DNA of 64,000 nucleotides. Source: Alphaproteobacteria bacterium (GTDB taxonomy: Bacteria > Pseudomonadota > Alphaproteobacteria > DSM-16000 > Inquilinaceae). Within the stretch, counting starts at the first letter, position 1. Every line of letters starts with the position of its first letter. The translations under genes were made by a program, and so were the position numbers. Shown in pieces: positions 21,058 to 29,218 of the stretch. Location: contig JANQKE010000089.1 of NCBI GenBank assembly GCA_028281265.1, positions 2,249-66,248 of the forward strand, given 5' to 3'. A model generated the notes under the pieces. It did not search any database and had not been told where the DNA came from. It worked only from the letters and a program-made list of their open reading frames with translations.

Positions 21058-23700
21058 TCATCCGCACACCGCCATAACTTGATCCTCGGAACCGATATGG
21101 GTCCGCATCACGGCGGGGAAGATGCCGCCCTCTCCGAGGAGCGCCGCTTCCGCGTCATGCCGCACGTCGATCGTTGCGGAAAGCTCGATGACGCGCTCGC
21201 CGGTGATCGTCACTGCAACGGTGGGCGCGTCGCCGGCAAGCGCGGCGCGCACGTTGCGGATATCCACCGTGCTCATCCCGGTCAGCGGCAGGGCCTCGAC
21301 GTCGACTTCCCCGGCGAGCGTCACGGGCAGGATGCCGAGGCCGATCAGATTGGCGCGATGGATCCGCTCGAACGACGTGGCGATCACGGCGCGGACCCCG
21401 AGGAGCGACGGCCCCTTTGCCGCCCAATCCCGGCTGGAGCCTGCGCCGTAGTTGCGGCCCGCGAACACGACGAGTGGCGTCTGTGTCGCGCCGTAGGCAG
21501 CAGCCGCCTCATATAGCGTCGCCGCATCGCCGTCGGGCCCGATGGCGAACCCGCCCACCCTGTCCGGCACCATCAGGTTCAGGGTTTGGGGATTGGCGAA
21601 AGTCGCCCGCGCCATCACCTCGTGGTTGCCGCGACGCATGGTGAAGGCGTTGAACGCCCGCGATGGCACGCCGGATGCCGCAAGATAACGGCCTGCTTCG
21701 CTGTCCTGCGGGATCTCGCCGGCCGGGATGATGTGGTCGGTGGAAAGGTCGTCGCCGAACACGGCCAGAATGCGGGCGCCGACGACATCGTCCGCGGGCG
21801 TCGGTGCCGCGGCGAAGAATGGAGGCTCCTTCAGGTAGGTCGATGTTTGCGGCCACAAGAACAGCGGGCCGTCGGGCGCTTCCAGGGAGCGCCAACGGTC
21901 CGTCCCGTCCTCGCAGTCCTGGTAGGTCTTTCGGTAAAGGCTCGGCGCCATGGCCTTCGGGACGAGCGCCGCCACGTCGCCCGCATCGGGAAGGAGGTCG
22001 CGAAGATAAACCGCCGTCCCGTCCGGCCGGGTGCCGATGGGTTCGCGTGTCAGGTCGATGTCGATGCGACCGGCAAGCGCGTAGGCGATGACGAGCACCG
22101 GGGAAGCCAGGTAGCTCGCGCGGATCTGGCGGTGGATGCGTCCGGGAAAGTTCCTGTTCCCGGAAAGGACCGCAGCGGGTTCGAGGCCGGCCTCGATGGC
22201 GGCCGCCATCTGCGGCGTGAGCGGCCCCGACTTGCCCGAACACGTGGTGCAGCCAAAGCCGACCAGATGAAAGCCGAGGGCTTCGAGGTCATCGAGCAGC
22301 CCGGTATCCGAGAGATAGCGCGCAACCACGCGGGAGCCTGGCGCCAAGGACGTCTTCACGAAGCCCGGCACGCTGAGGCCGGCCGCGCGGGCATTGCGGG
22401 CGAGAAGACCGGCGGCCAGCATGGCGGGCGCGTTGGCGGTGATGGTGCAGGCGGTGATGGCGGCGATGGCGAGCGCCCCCGCCGCCGGCTCCGTCTGCCG
22501 GCTCGCCCCCTTTTTCGCAACGGCCGCGAAGCTCGCGGGGACATCCGCCAAGCCCAGTCTCGCATCCGGGCGCGACGGCCCGGCGAGCGAGGGAGAAAGC
22601 GCCGACAGATCGAATTCTATAATCCGGGAATAGTGCGGATCCCGGTCATCGGCGGTCCTCAGCACGCCGATGGCGCCGGCGGCTTCCTCGACGAGGGCGA
22701 TGTGCGCGGCCTCCCGCCCCGTTCTGGCGAGATAGTCGAGCACGGCCCTGTCGATGGGGAAGTAGGCCATGGTCGCGCCGTACTCCGGCGTCATGTTCGC
22801 GATGGTCGCCCGGTCTTGCGCGGAAAGCTGCGTCAGCCCCGTACCGAAGAACTCGACGAATGCGCCCACGACGCCCGCTTCCCGAAGCACACGGGCCAGG
22901 GACAGCGCGATATCCGTGGCAGCGAGTGCCGGGCTGAGGGCACCGTCGAGCCGCACGCCGACGATCTCCGGCAACTCGATCGTGTAGGGGAGCCCGAGGA
23001 TCGATGCCATGGCCTCGATGCCCCCGACCCCCCAGGCGGCAAGCCCGATGCCGTTCACCATCGGCGTATGGCTGTCGCACCCCAAAACGAACTCCGGGAA
23101 GGCGAACGGCGCGCCTCCGACCGAGCCGGTTGCGACCAGCTTTGCCACGTGTTCCAAATGAACCTGGTGGATGATGCCGGTGCCCGGCGGGAACACCCGA
23201 AGGTTCCGAAACGCTTGGGCGGCCCATTTGAAGACGGCATAGCGCTCGCCGTTGCGGTCGAACTCGACCGCGAGGTTCTTCGCGACCGCATCCTTCGTCC
23301 CCGCGACTTCGACGATGAGCGAGTGATCGACCACGAGGTCCACCGGGATCGTCAGATCCACGGTCTGCGGATCGATGCCGCGCCGGGCGGCTTCCCAGCG
23401 CAGAGCCGCCAGATCGAGCAGAACCGGCAGGCCGCTCGAATCGGGCAGGATCGCACGGTTGGGCTTCAGGGAGATCGCCGCACCACCACTGCCGGGCCAG
23501 TTCGCGAGGCGGACGAGATCGGCCTTGGCCGCCGGATCGGTGAGTGCCTGCCGCGCGACGTTCTCGGTCAGAAGGCGAAGGCTGTAGGGCGTCGTGCCGA
23601 GCTTATCCCCCAGCACCGCGCCAAGGTCGATCACCGCATGGCCGGTCGTGAGGCGCTTTGTGGGGATTTCCGCCCTCACGGGGTCTGGAGACGTCCTCAA
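21058..23700 (-). CDS. aconitate hydratase family protein (AcnA/AcnD-like, 880 aa)
   Basis: Full-length aconitase architecture: ...IIHQVHLEHVA..., GCDSHTP, GFGCTTCSGKSG, NRNFPGRIH, and a swivel domain VFAGRNYGAGSSRDWAAKG. Confidence 0.9.
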   Translation of the reverse strand: MRTSPDPVRAEIPTKRLTTGHAVIDLGAVLGDKLGTTPYSLRLLTENVARQALTDPAAKADLVRLANWPGSGGAAISLKPNRAILPDSSGLPVLLDLAALRWEAARRGIDPQTVDLTIPVDLVVDHSLIVEVAGTKDAVAKNLAVEFDRNGERYAVFKWAAQAFRNLRVFPPGTGIIHQVHLEHVAKLVATGSVGGAPFAFPEFVLGCDSHTPMVNGIGLAAWGVGGIEAMASILGLPYTIELPEIVGVRLDGALSPALAATDIALSLARVLREAGVVGAFVEFFGTGLTQLSAQDRATIANMTPEYGATMAYFPIDRAVLDYLARTGREAAHIALVEEAAGAIGVLRTADDRDPHYSRIIEFDLSALSPSLAGPSRPDARLGLADVPASFAAVAKKGASRQTEPAAGALAIAAITACTITANAPAMLAAGLLARNARAAGLSVPGFVKTSLAPGSRVVARYLSDTGLLDDLEALGFHLVGFGCTTCSGKSGPLTPQMAAAIEAGLEPAAVLSGNRNFPGRIHRQIRASYLASPVLVIAYALAGRIDIDLTREPIGTRPDGTAVYLRDLLPDAGDVAALVPKAMAPSLYRKTYQDCEDGTDRWRSLEAPDGPLFLWPQTSTYLKEPPFFAAAPTPADDVVGARILAVFGDDLSTDHIIPAGEIPQDSEAGRYLAASGVPSRAFNAFTMRRGNHEVMARATFANPQTLNLMVPDRVGGFAIGPDGDAATLYEAAAAYGATQTPLVVFAGRNYGAGSSRDWAAKGPSLLGVRAVIATSFERIHRANLIGLGILPVTLAGEVDVEALPLTGMSTVDIRNVRAALAGDAPTVAVTITGERVIELSATIDVRHDAEAALLGEGGIFPAVMRTHIGSEDQVMAVCG

Positions 23701-23888
23701 GTGCGCTCGCCGCCCGGGTCAACGCGGTCCGAACGCCATGAGATCGCGCAAAACACGATTGACGCACGCAAAGTTCCGCTCCATCCGGGTCGCATTGGGC
23801 CTATCGCGCTGAAAAACCGTTCCGGCTTGGCCGGACCTCAGTGGTGCCGACATTGGTCGATATGACCGAAGATGGCGTGACTACGCTT

Positions 23889-23904
23889 AGATTGTCAACA
23901 CTTT
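23889..23904. promoter_or_regulatory. palindromic box (minus-strand reading AAAGTGTTGACAATCT; candidate operator)
   Basis: Located in the divergent aconitase/gntR intergenic region, 72 nt upstream of the gntR ATG. Confidence 0.5.
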
Positions 23905-23975
23905 ACCGAGCTGGCAACGCCACACGGACTGTGCAACGAGAATGCACGATGCGCTGCGAACGAGAAGTGGAGCAG

Positions 23976-24659
23976 ATGGCCGAACAGCAGCAGACGCTCG
24001 TCGAGCAGGTCTTCGCGCAGATCTACGAACTCATCCTGTCGGGCGATCTCCAGCCAGGCGGGGTGGTGAACGAGGCGGCGCTGGCGCAGCGTTTCAGCGT
24101 CAGTCGCGGCCCCGTCCGCGAGGCGATCCAGCGGTTTCACGGCATTGGTCTCGTGACGCGCGAACCCTTCATGCGTGCACGGGTGGTGTCCCTCTCCGGC
24201 AAGGATCTCGTGGAGATCTTCCAGCTCCGGGAAGCGGTGGAAGGGATGGCGTGCCGGCTGGCGGCGCAGCACATGCCGGATGAGGAGATCGCAGAACTTC
24301 TGGACGATCTGGAGGCGGCACGCGAGGGAAAGCCACGGCCCGCGCAAAGCGGCTTGTCGGACAGTGTCGTCGATATCCACACCCGCATCGCGCGCGGTTG
24401 CGGCAACAGCCGGATCGAGCATCTCCTGACGCGCGATCTTCACCACCTGATCCGGCTCTACCGGGTGCGCTCACGCTACGCTCCGGGCCGCCCCAAAGCC
24501 GCCCTGGAAGAGCATTGGCGGATCGGCCGGGCCTTGCGCGCGCGCGATCCGGAGCTTGCCGAATCGCTCATGCGCGCGCACATCGCCTCGGCCACCGACA
24601 CGCTGCTCTCGACGCTCAACGGCGCCGCTGCGCCGGTTCCCGCAACAGCCCTCGCATGA
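23976..24659 (+). CDS. GntR family transcriptional regulator (FadR/FCD subfamily)
   Basis: ATG at 23976 preceded by GAGAAGTGGAG. Winged HTH (LQPGGVVNEAALAQRFSVSRGPVREAIQRFHGIGLV) plus an FCD-like helical C-terminal domain. Confidence 0.9.
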   Translation: MAEQQQTLVEQVFAQIYELILSGDLQPGGVVNEAALAQRFSVSRGPVREAIQRFHGIGLVTREPFMRARVVSLSGKDLVEIFQLREAVEGMACRLAAQHMPDEEIAELLDDLEAAREGKPRPAQSGLSDSVVDIHTRIARGCGNSRIEHLLTRDLHHLIRLYRVRSRYAPGRPKAALEEHWRIGRALRARDPELAESLMRAHIASATDTLLSTLNGAAAPVPATALA

Positions 24660-24676
24660 GCCCCCATCGACGCACA

Positions 24677-24722
24677 AAGCGTTGACACTCTCGGCTCGAG
24701 AGTGGAAAGTGTTGACACTTTG
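24677..24722. promoter_or_regulatory. two palindromic boxes AAAGCGTTGACACTCT and AAAGTGTTGACACTTT (candidate operators) separated by a short hairpin
   Basis: Located between the gntR stop (24659) and the PEP-mutase-family gene. The second box is a 7+7 perfect inverted repeat around a TG centre. The hairpin CACTCTCG-gct-CGAGAGTG lies between the boxes. Confidence 0.55.
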
Positions 24723-24770
24723 GAGTGGCGGGCATCGGGTCCGCCACCCGTTTCGACGAGAGCGCTCAAC

Positions 24771-25703
24771 GTGACACGCGCACAACGCATGCGGGCGCTC
24801 CTGCGGGCGGACGGCATCATCGCCTCGCCCGGCGTTTACGACGGCTACAGCGCCAAGATGGTCGAGAAGGCCGGCTTCACCTCCTGCTGCACGACCGGTG
24901 CGGGTCTTGCCAATGCGCGCCTCGGCGTGCCGGACGTCGGCCTCATGAGCCTGTCGGACAATTTGGACGCCTGCCGCGTCATCGCCCGCGCCATCGACAT
25001 TCCGGTGATGGCCGACGCCGACAACGGCTACGGCAATGCCGTCACCGTCTACGAGGTGACGCGGCTGTTCGAGGAGACCGGCGTCGTCGGCATCAACATC
25101 GAAGATCAGGTCATCCCCAAACGCTGCGGTCACATGGAAGGCAAGGCCATCATCGATGCCGACGAGATGGCCAAGAAGATCGAGGCCGCTTGCGACGCGC
25201 GGCGCGACGACGATTTCGTCGTCCTGGCACGCACTGACGCGATCGCCGTCGGCGGCATGGACGAGGCCTTGCGCCGCATCGACCTATATTGCCGCGCAGG
25301 CGCCGACATCATCTTCCCCGACGCCGTGCGCGCCGCCGACGACATCAAGCGCATCGTCGACGCATCGCCCGTGCCGGTGTCCATCAACATGGGGTTCGGC
25401 ATCCGGCAGCGGCCGACGACGCCGCTCCTGTCGATCTGCGAGTTGGAGCGGCTCGGCGTCAAGCGCGTGTCGCTGCCCCGAATGCTGCCGGCCGCGGCAA
25501 TCCAGGCGATGCAGTCCGCACTCGACGTCCTGGCCCAGTCGATCGCTTCGGGCGAGGTCGTGGACCGTCCGGACCTTCTCGTGAGCATCGACGCAATCTG
25601 GGACCTCATGGGTGAGAGCCGAATCCGCGAGCTCGATGCCCGCTATGCCACCGCCGACGCGCAAGGCCCCTCCCGCCCCTACAGGCTGAAGGCCGCAGGC
25701 TGA
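24771..25703 (+). CDS. isocitrate lyase/PEP mutase superfamily enzyme (methylisocitrate lyase / carboxy-PEP mutase / oxaloacetate decarboxylase-like)
   Basis: PGVYDGYSAKMVEKAGF..., VMADADNGYGNA, GINIEDQVIPKRCGHMEGK, ARTDA. The start is GTG 24771 or ATG 24789. Confidence 0.85.
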   Translation: MTRAQRMRALLRADGIIASPGVYDGYSAKMVEKAGFTSCCTTGAGLANARLGVPDVGLMSLSDNLDACRVIARAIDIPVMADADNGYGNAVTVYEVTRLFEETGVVGINIEDQVIPKRCGHMEGKAIIDADEMAKKIEAACDARRDDDFVVLARTDAIAVGGMDEALRRIDLYCRAGADIIFPDAVRAADDIKRIVDASPVPVSINMGFGIRQRPTTPLLSICELERLGVKRVSLPRMLPAAAIQAMQSALDVLAQSIASGEVVDRPDLLVSIDAIWDLMGESRIRELDARYATADAQGPSRPYRLKAAG

Positions 25704-25796
25704 TGGCGCACGCGCGCACAGATCGACGAGGCCATTTGATGGAGGACGGCCTCATCCGTCCCTCTGAAACCGACCTCATGCGCTGGAGGCCGAGCC

Positions 25797-27152
25797 GTGA
25801 CGCCGCCTAACGCCGCGTCTGCCCCTTCTCCCGCCGCCGTGGCCCCAGACCCCGGCCCGCGCACATGCGCGGTGTCTGACCGGGCTCGGAGCGTCTTTCC
25901 GGACGGGCGGTTGACGGCGGCGGACACGCGGCCCTTCCCCGTCGTCATGGCCCGCGGCGACAAAGACCGCATCTTCGATGCCGACGGGATCGAGTACTTG
26001 GATTTTCACCTTTCCTCCGGCGCGCTCGCCCTCGGCCACGGCCATCCGCGCGTGATGGATGCCGTGCGCCGCCAGGTGGACAAGGGCTTCAACTTCGGGG
26101 CGATGAACACGTCTGCCGTCGCGCTCGCAGAAGGGATCGTCGCGGCTGTTCCGTCGATCGAATGCGTGAAGTTCACCAACTCCGGCACCGAGGCGACCCT
26201 CCACGCAATCCGCATGGCGCGCGCCTACACCGGCCGCGACCTCATCGTCCGGTTCGAGGGCGCCTACCACGGACACCTCGACATGGTGTCCCTGTCGAAC
26301 AAGCTCGCCGGGCTCGGGCCGCAGGATGCCCATGAGATGCCGGGCCTGCGCCCCATCCCGGACTGCGCCGGCATTCCGGACGCCATCACCGATCTTTGCC
26401 TTGTCGCACAGTTCAACAACGCCGCCCGGCTCGACGAGATCTTTTCCGCCCACCGGGACCGCATCGCCGCGGTCATCATGGAACCGCTCCAAAGGTTCAT
26501 CGAGCCGCAGCCCGGGTTCCTGGAAGCCGTCCGTGAGATCGCGAAGCGACACGGTGCGCTCCTCATCTTCGACGAGATCGTGACGGGCTTTCGCCTCTCG
26601 CCCTCCGGGGCGCAGGGCCGCTATGGCGTCGCGCCCGATCTCACGGTGATGGGCAAGATCATCGGCGCAGGGTTCCCGAACGGCGCCATCGGTGGGCCGG
26701 ACACCATCATGCGCGACCTCTTTGGTCCGTCGGCCCGTGTGCCGGTCTACCTTGCCGGGACCTTCGCAGGACATCCCGTGGCCTCCGCCGGTGGTGCGGC
26801 GACCCTCTCGGTCCTCTCCGAACCCGGCGTCTATGAGCAGCTCGAGACATTGACGGATCGGCTGCGCACCGGCGTCAGGGACGCGTTCGCGCGCGCCGGC
26901 GTCCCAGGACACATCCTCTGCCCGGGGCCGATGTTCCACATCCACATCGGCGCAAACGTGCCCCAGAATGCGCGTGAAGCACTGACCGGTGACGGTGCGT
27001 TCCGAAAGCGCCTTTGGGACGCGCTCTTGCGTCGGCAGATCCACCTCACCGGGGGCCGCGGGTTCGTCAGCCTGCAGCACACCGAAGCCACCATCGACGC
27101 ATTTGTCGAACGCTTCGATGAGGCTCTGCACGAAGTGGGACACGCCTCATGA
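25797..27152 (+). CDS. class III (omega/GSA-aminomutase-like) PLP-dependent aminotransferase
   Basis: DFHLSSGALALGHGHP, FTNSGTEATLHAIRMARAYTGR, LIFDEIVTGFR, VMGKIIGAGFP (PLP lysine context). The GTG start is uncertain. Confidence 0.85.
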   Translation: MTPPNAASAPSPAAVAPDPGPRTCAVSDRARSVFPDGRLTAADTRPFPVVMARGDKDRIFDADGIEYLDFHLSSGALALGHGHPRVMDAVRRQVDKGFNFGAMNTSAVALAEGIVAAVPSIECVKFTNSGTEATLHAIRMARAYTGRDLIVRFEGAYHGHLDMVSLSNKLAGLGPQDAHEMPGLRPIPDCAGIPDAITDLCLVAQFNNAARLDEIFSAHRDRIAAVIMEPLQRFIEPQPGFLEAVREIAKRHGALLIFDEIVTGFRLSPSGAQGRYGVAPDLTVMGKIIGAGFPNGAIGGPDTIMRDLFGPSARVPVYLAGTFAGHPVASAGGAATLSVLSEPGVYEQLETLTDRLRTGVRDAFARAGVPGHILCPGPMFHIHIGANVPQNAREALTGDGAFRKRLWDALLRRQIHLTGGRGFVSLQHTEATIDAFVERFDEALHEVGHAS

Positions 27153-29218
27153 TCGAGATCGGCATCGACGTCGGCGGCACCTTCACCGATGTCGTCATGA
27201 TCGATCGCGCTGCCGGTCGGTTGCACGTGGCCAAGACCGCGTCGACACCCCAGGACCAGTCGATCGGCATCCTCGCCGGCCTGAAGCGCCTCGGCGTTGA
27301 TCCGCACACGATCGATCGCTTCACCCACGGCACCACGGTCGCCACCAACACGGTGCTGGAGCGCAAGGGCGCCAGGGTTGCGATGATGACCACCGCCGGC
27401 TTCCGCGATCTCCTCGAGATCGGGCGGACGAACCGTACCAAAGTCTACGACATGAAGCTCATGAAGCCGGCACCGCTCGTGCCGCGCGGCCTGCGCTTCG
27501 AAGTCGCCCAGCGGACCCACGTTCACAGTCTTCCGGCCACCCCACCGTCGGCCGCCGACATCGATGCCGCGCTCGAGCGATGCCGCGCGGAAGGGGTGGA
27601 GGCGATCGCCGTCTGCTACCTCCACTCCTACGCCGACCCGTCCGATGAAGAGGCGACGGTGGCCGCGATCCGCGCGTCGGCACCTGACATCCATGTCACA
27701 GCCTCGTCCGATGTCGTGCGCGAATACAAGGAGTATGAGCGCTTCTCCACCGCAACGCTGAACGCCTACGTGATGCCGGTGATGGCGCGCTACCTTTCGG
27801 GCCTTGAGGGACGGCTCGGCGAGGGCGGTTATCGGCACCCCATCGAGGTGATGCGCTCCGGCGGTGGCCTGATGCGTGCCGACACCGCACGGCGCTATCC
27901 GGTCGAAACGCTTCTGTCCGGCCCGGCCGCCGGCGTCATGGGTGCGCTGCGGATCGCGGAGAGTTCGGGCACGCAAAACCTTGTCACCTACGACATGGGC
28001 GGCACCTCCACCGACGTCGCCCTGATCGCCGGTGGGCAGGTGACGCGGACGGCCGAGACCCGGATCGCGGATCTGCCGCTCAAGACCAACCAGATCGACA
28101 TCGTGACGGTCGGCGCCGGTGGTGGCTCGATCGCGCACCTTGGCATTGCGGGAGAACTGCGCGTTGGGCCGGAGAGCGCCGGCGCAAGCCCTGGTCCCGC
28201 CTGCTACGGCAAAGGGGGCGACAAGGCGACCGTCACCGACGCCAACATGGTGCTTGGCCGCCTGTCGTCGAGCTACGCGCTGGGCGGTGAAATCAAGGTC
28301 CGGCCGGAGCGGGCCGAGGCGGTGGTGGACGCCATCGCAAAGCCGCTCGGCCTCTCGCGCGAGGCCATGGGCGAGGGGATCCTGAAGCTCGTCAACACGC
28401 GCATGGCAAGCGCGATCCGCGAGATTTCCATCCAGCGCGGCCACGACCCGCGCGACTTCGCCCTGGTCGCCTACGGTGGCGCCGGGCCCATGCACGCCGT
28501 CGACCTTGCGCGCGATCTTTCGATGCCCCGTGTCATCATCCCGCCGGCTCCGGGCAACCTGTGCGCATTCGGCCTTCTCGTCACCGACCTTGCGGCCGAA
28601 CAGTCCGAGACGCTGCTCGCCCGCCTTGACGACATCGACGCGGCCGACCTTGCCGCGCGCTTCGCAGCGCTCGGGGCCAGCGCCCGCGCGTCGCTCGTCG
28701 CCGATGGCGTGGCGGCCGACACGATCACGCTCTCCTACGCCGCCGACATGCGCTACGTCGGCCAGAAGTCCGACATTCCTGTGCCGGTGGTCCTGGAGAG
28801 TTTGTCGACCGACGACCTCGCCGACGCCTTCTTCCGCACCTATGCAGAGCGGTTCAACCACACCTTCCGCAAAGCGCCGTGCGAGATCGTCACCGTGCGC
28901 GTGTCGGCGCAGTCGGCGGTGGATCGGCCGGACCTTGCCGCGCTTACCGCCCCGGAGCCCTCGGGCGATGCCGATGCCAGCGGTGTCATCGGCCGGCGCA
29001 AGGTGCACTTCCCCGGGGTCGGCTGGGTCGATTGCGCCGTCTACGACCGTTACCGCCTGCCGCCCGGACGCGAGCTTGCCGGGCCCGCCATCGTGGAAGA
29101 ACTCGGCTCCACATCCGTCATCGCTCCCGGCGACGTCTTCGCACTCGACGCGGCCGGCAACATCATCATCACGATCGCGCCGGAGGCCGCGGCGATCGCC
29201 GCGGAGTACGTCACATGA
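27149..29218 (+). CDS. hyuA: hydantoinase/oxoprolinase family protein, A (beta) subunit
   Basis: MIEIGIDVGGTFTDVV N-terminus, 689 aa. Its start overlaps the aminotransferase stop (ATGA). Confidence 0.9.
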   Translation: MIEIGIDVGGTFTDVVMIDRAAGRLHVAKTASTPQDQSIGILAGLKRLGVDPHTIDRFTHGTTVATNTVLERKGARVAMMTTAGFRDLLEIGRTNRTKVYDMKLMKPAPLVPRGLRFEVAQRTHVHSLPATPPSAADIDAALERCRAEGVEAIAVCYLHSYADPSDEEATVAAIRASAPDIHVTASSDVVREYKEYERFSTATLNAYVMPVMARYLSGLEGRLGEGGYRHPIEVMRSGGGLMRADTARRYPVETLLSGPAAGVMGALRIAESSGTQNLVTYDMGGTSTDVALIAGGQVTRTAETRIADLPLKTNQIDIVTVGAGGGSIAHLGIAGELRVGPESAGASPGPACYGKGGDKATVTDANMVLGRLSSSYALGGEIKVRPERAEAVVDAIAKPLGLSREAMGEGILKLVNTRMASAIREISIQRGHDPRDFALVAYGGAGPMHAVDLARDLSMPRVIIPPAPGNLCAFGLLVTDLAAEQSETLLARLDDIDAADLAARFAALGASARASLVADGVAADTITLSYAADMRYVGQKSDIPVPVVLESLSTDDLADAFFRTYAERFNHTFRKAPCEIVTVRVSAQSAVDRPDLAALTAPEPSGDADASGVIGRRKVHFPGVGWVDCAVYDRYRLPPGRELAGPAIVEELGSTSVIAPGDVFALDAAGNIIITIAPEAAAIAAEYVT

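Noticed and set aside
26831-29008. 725-aa minus-strand ORF antisense to hyuA. Similar cases: 25776..27143, 29050..30129, 30298..31953, 32825..34000, 33811..35061, 35237..36991, 38782..39837.
   Set aside because: Same reasoning: composition-driven open frames opposite well-supported genes.
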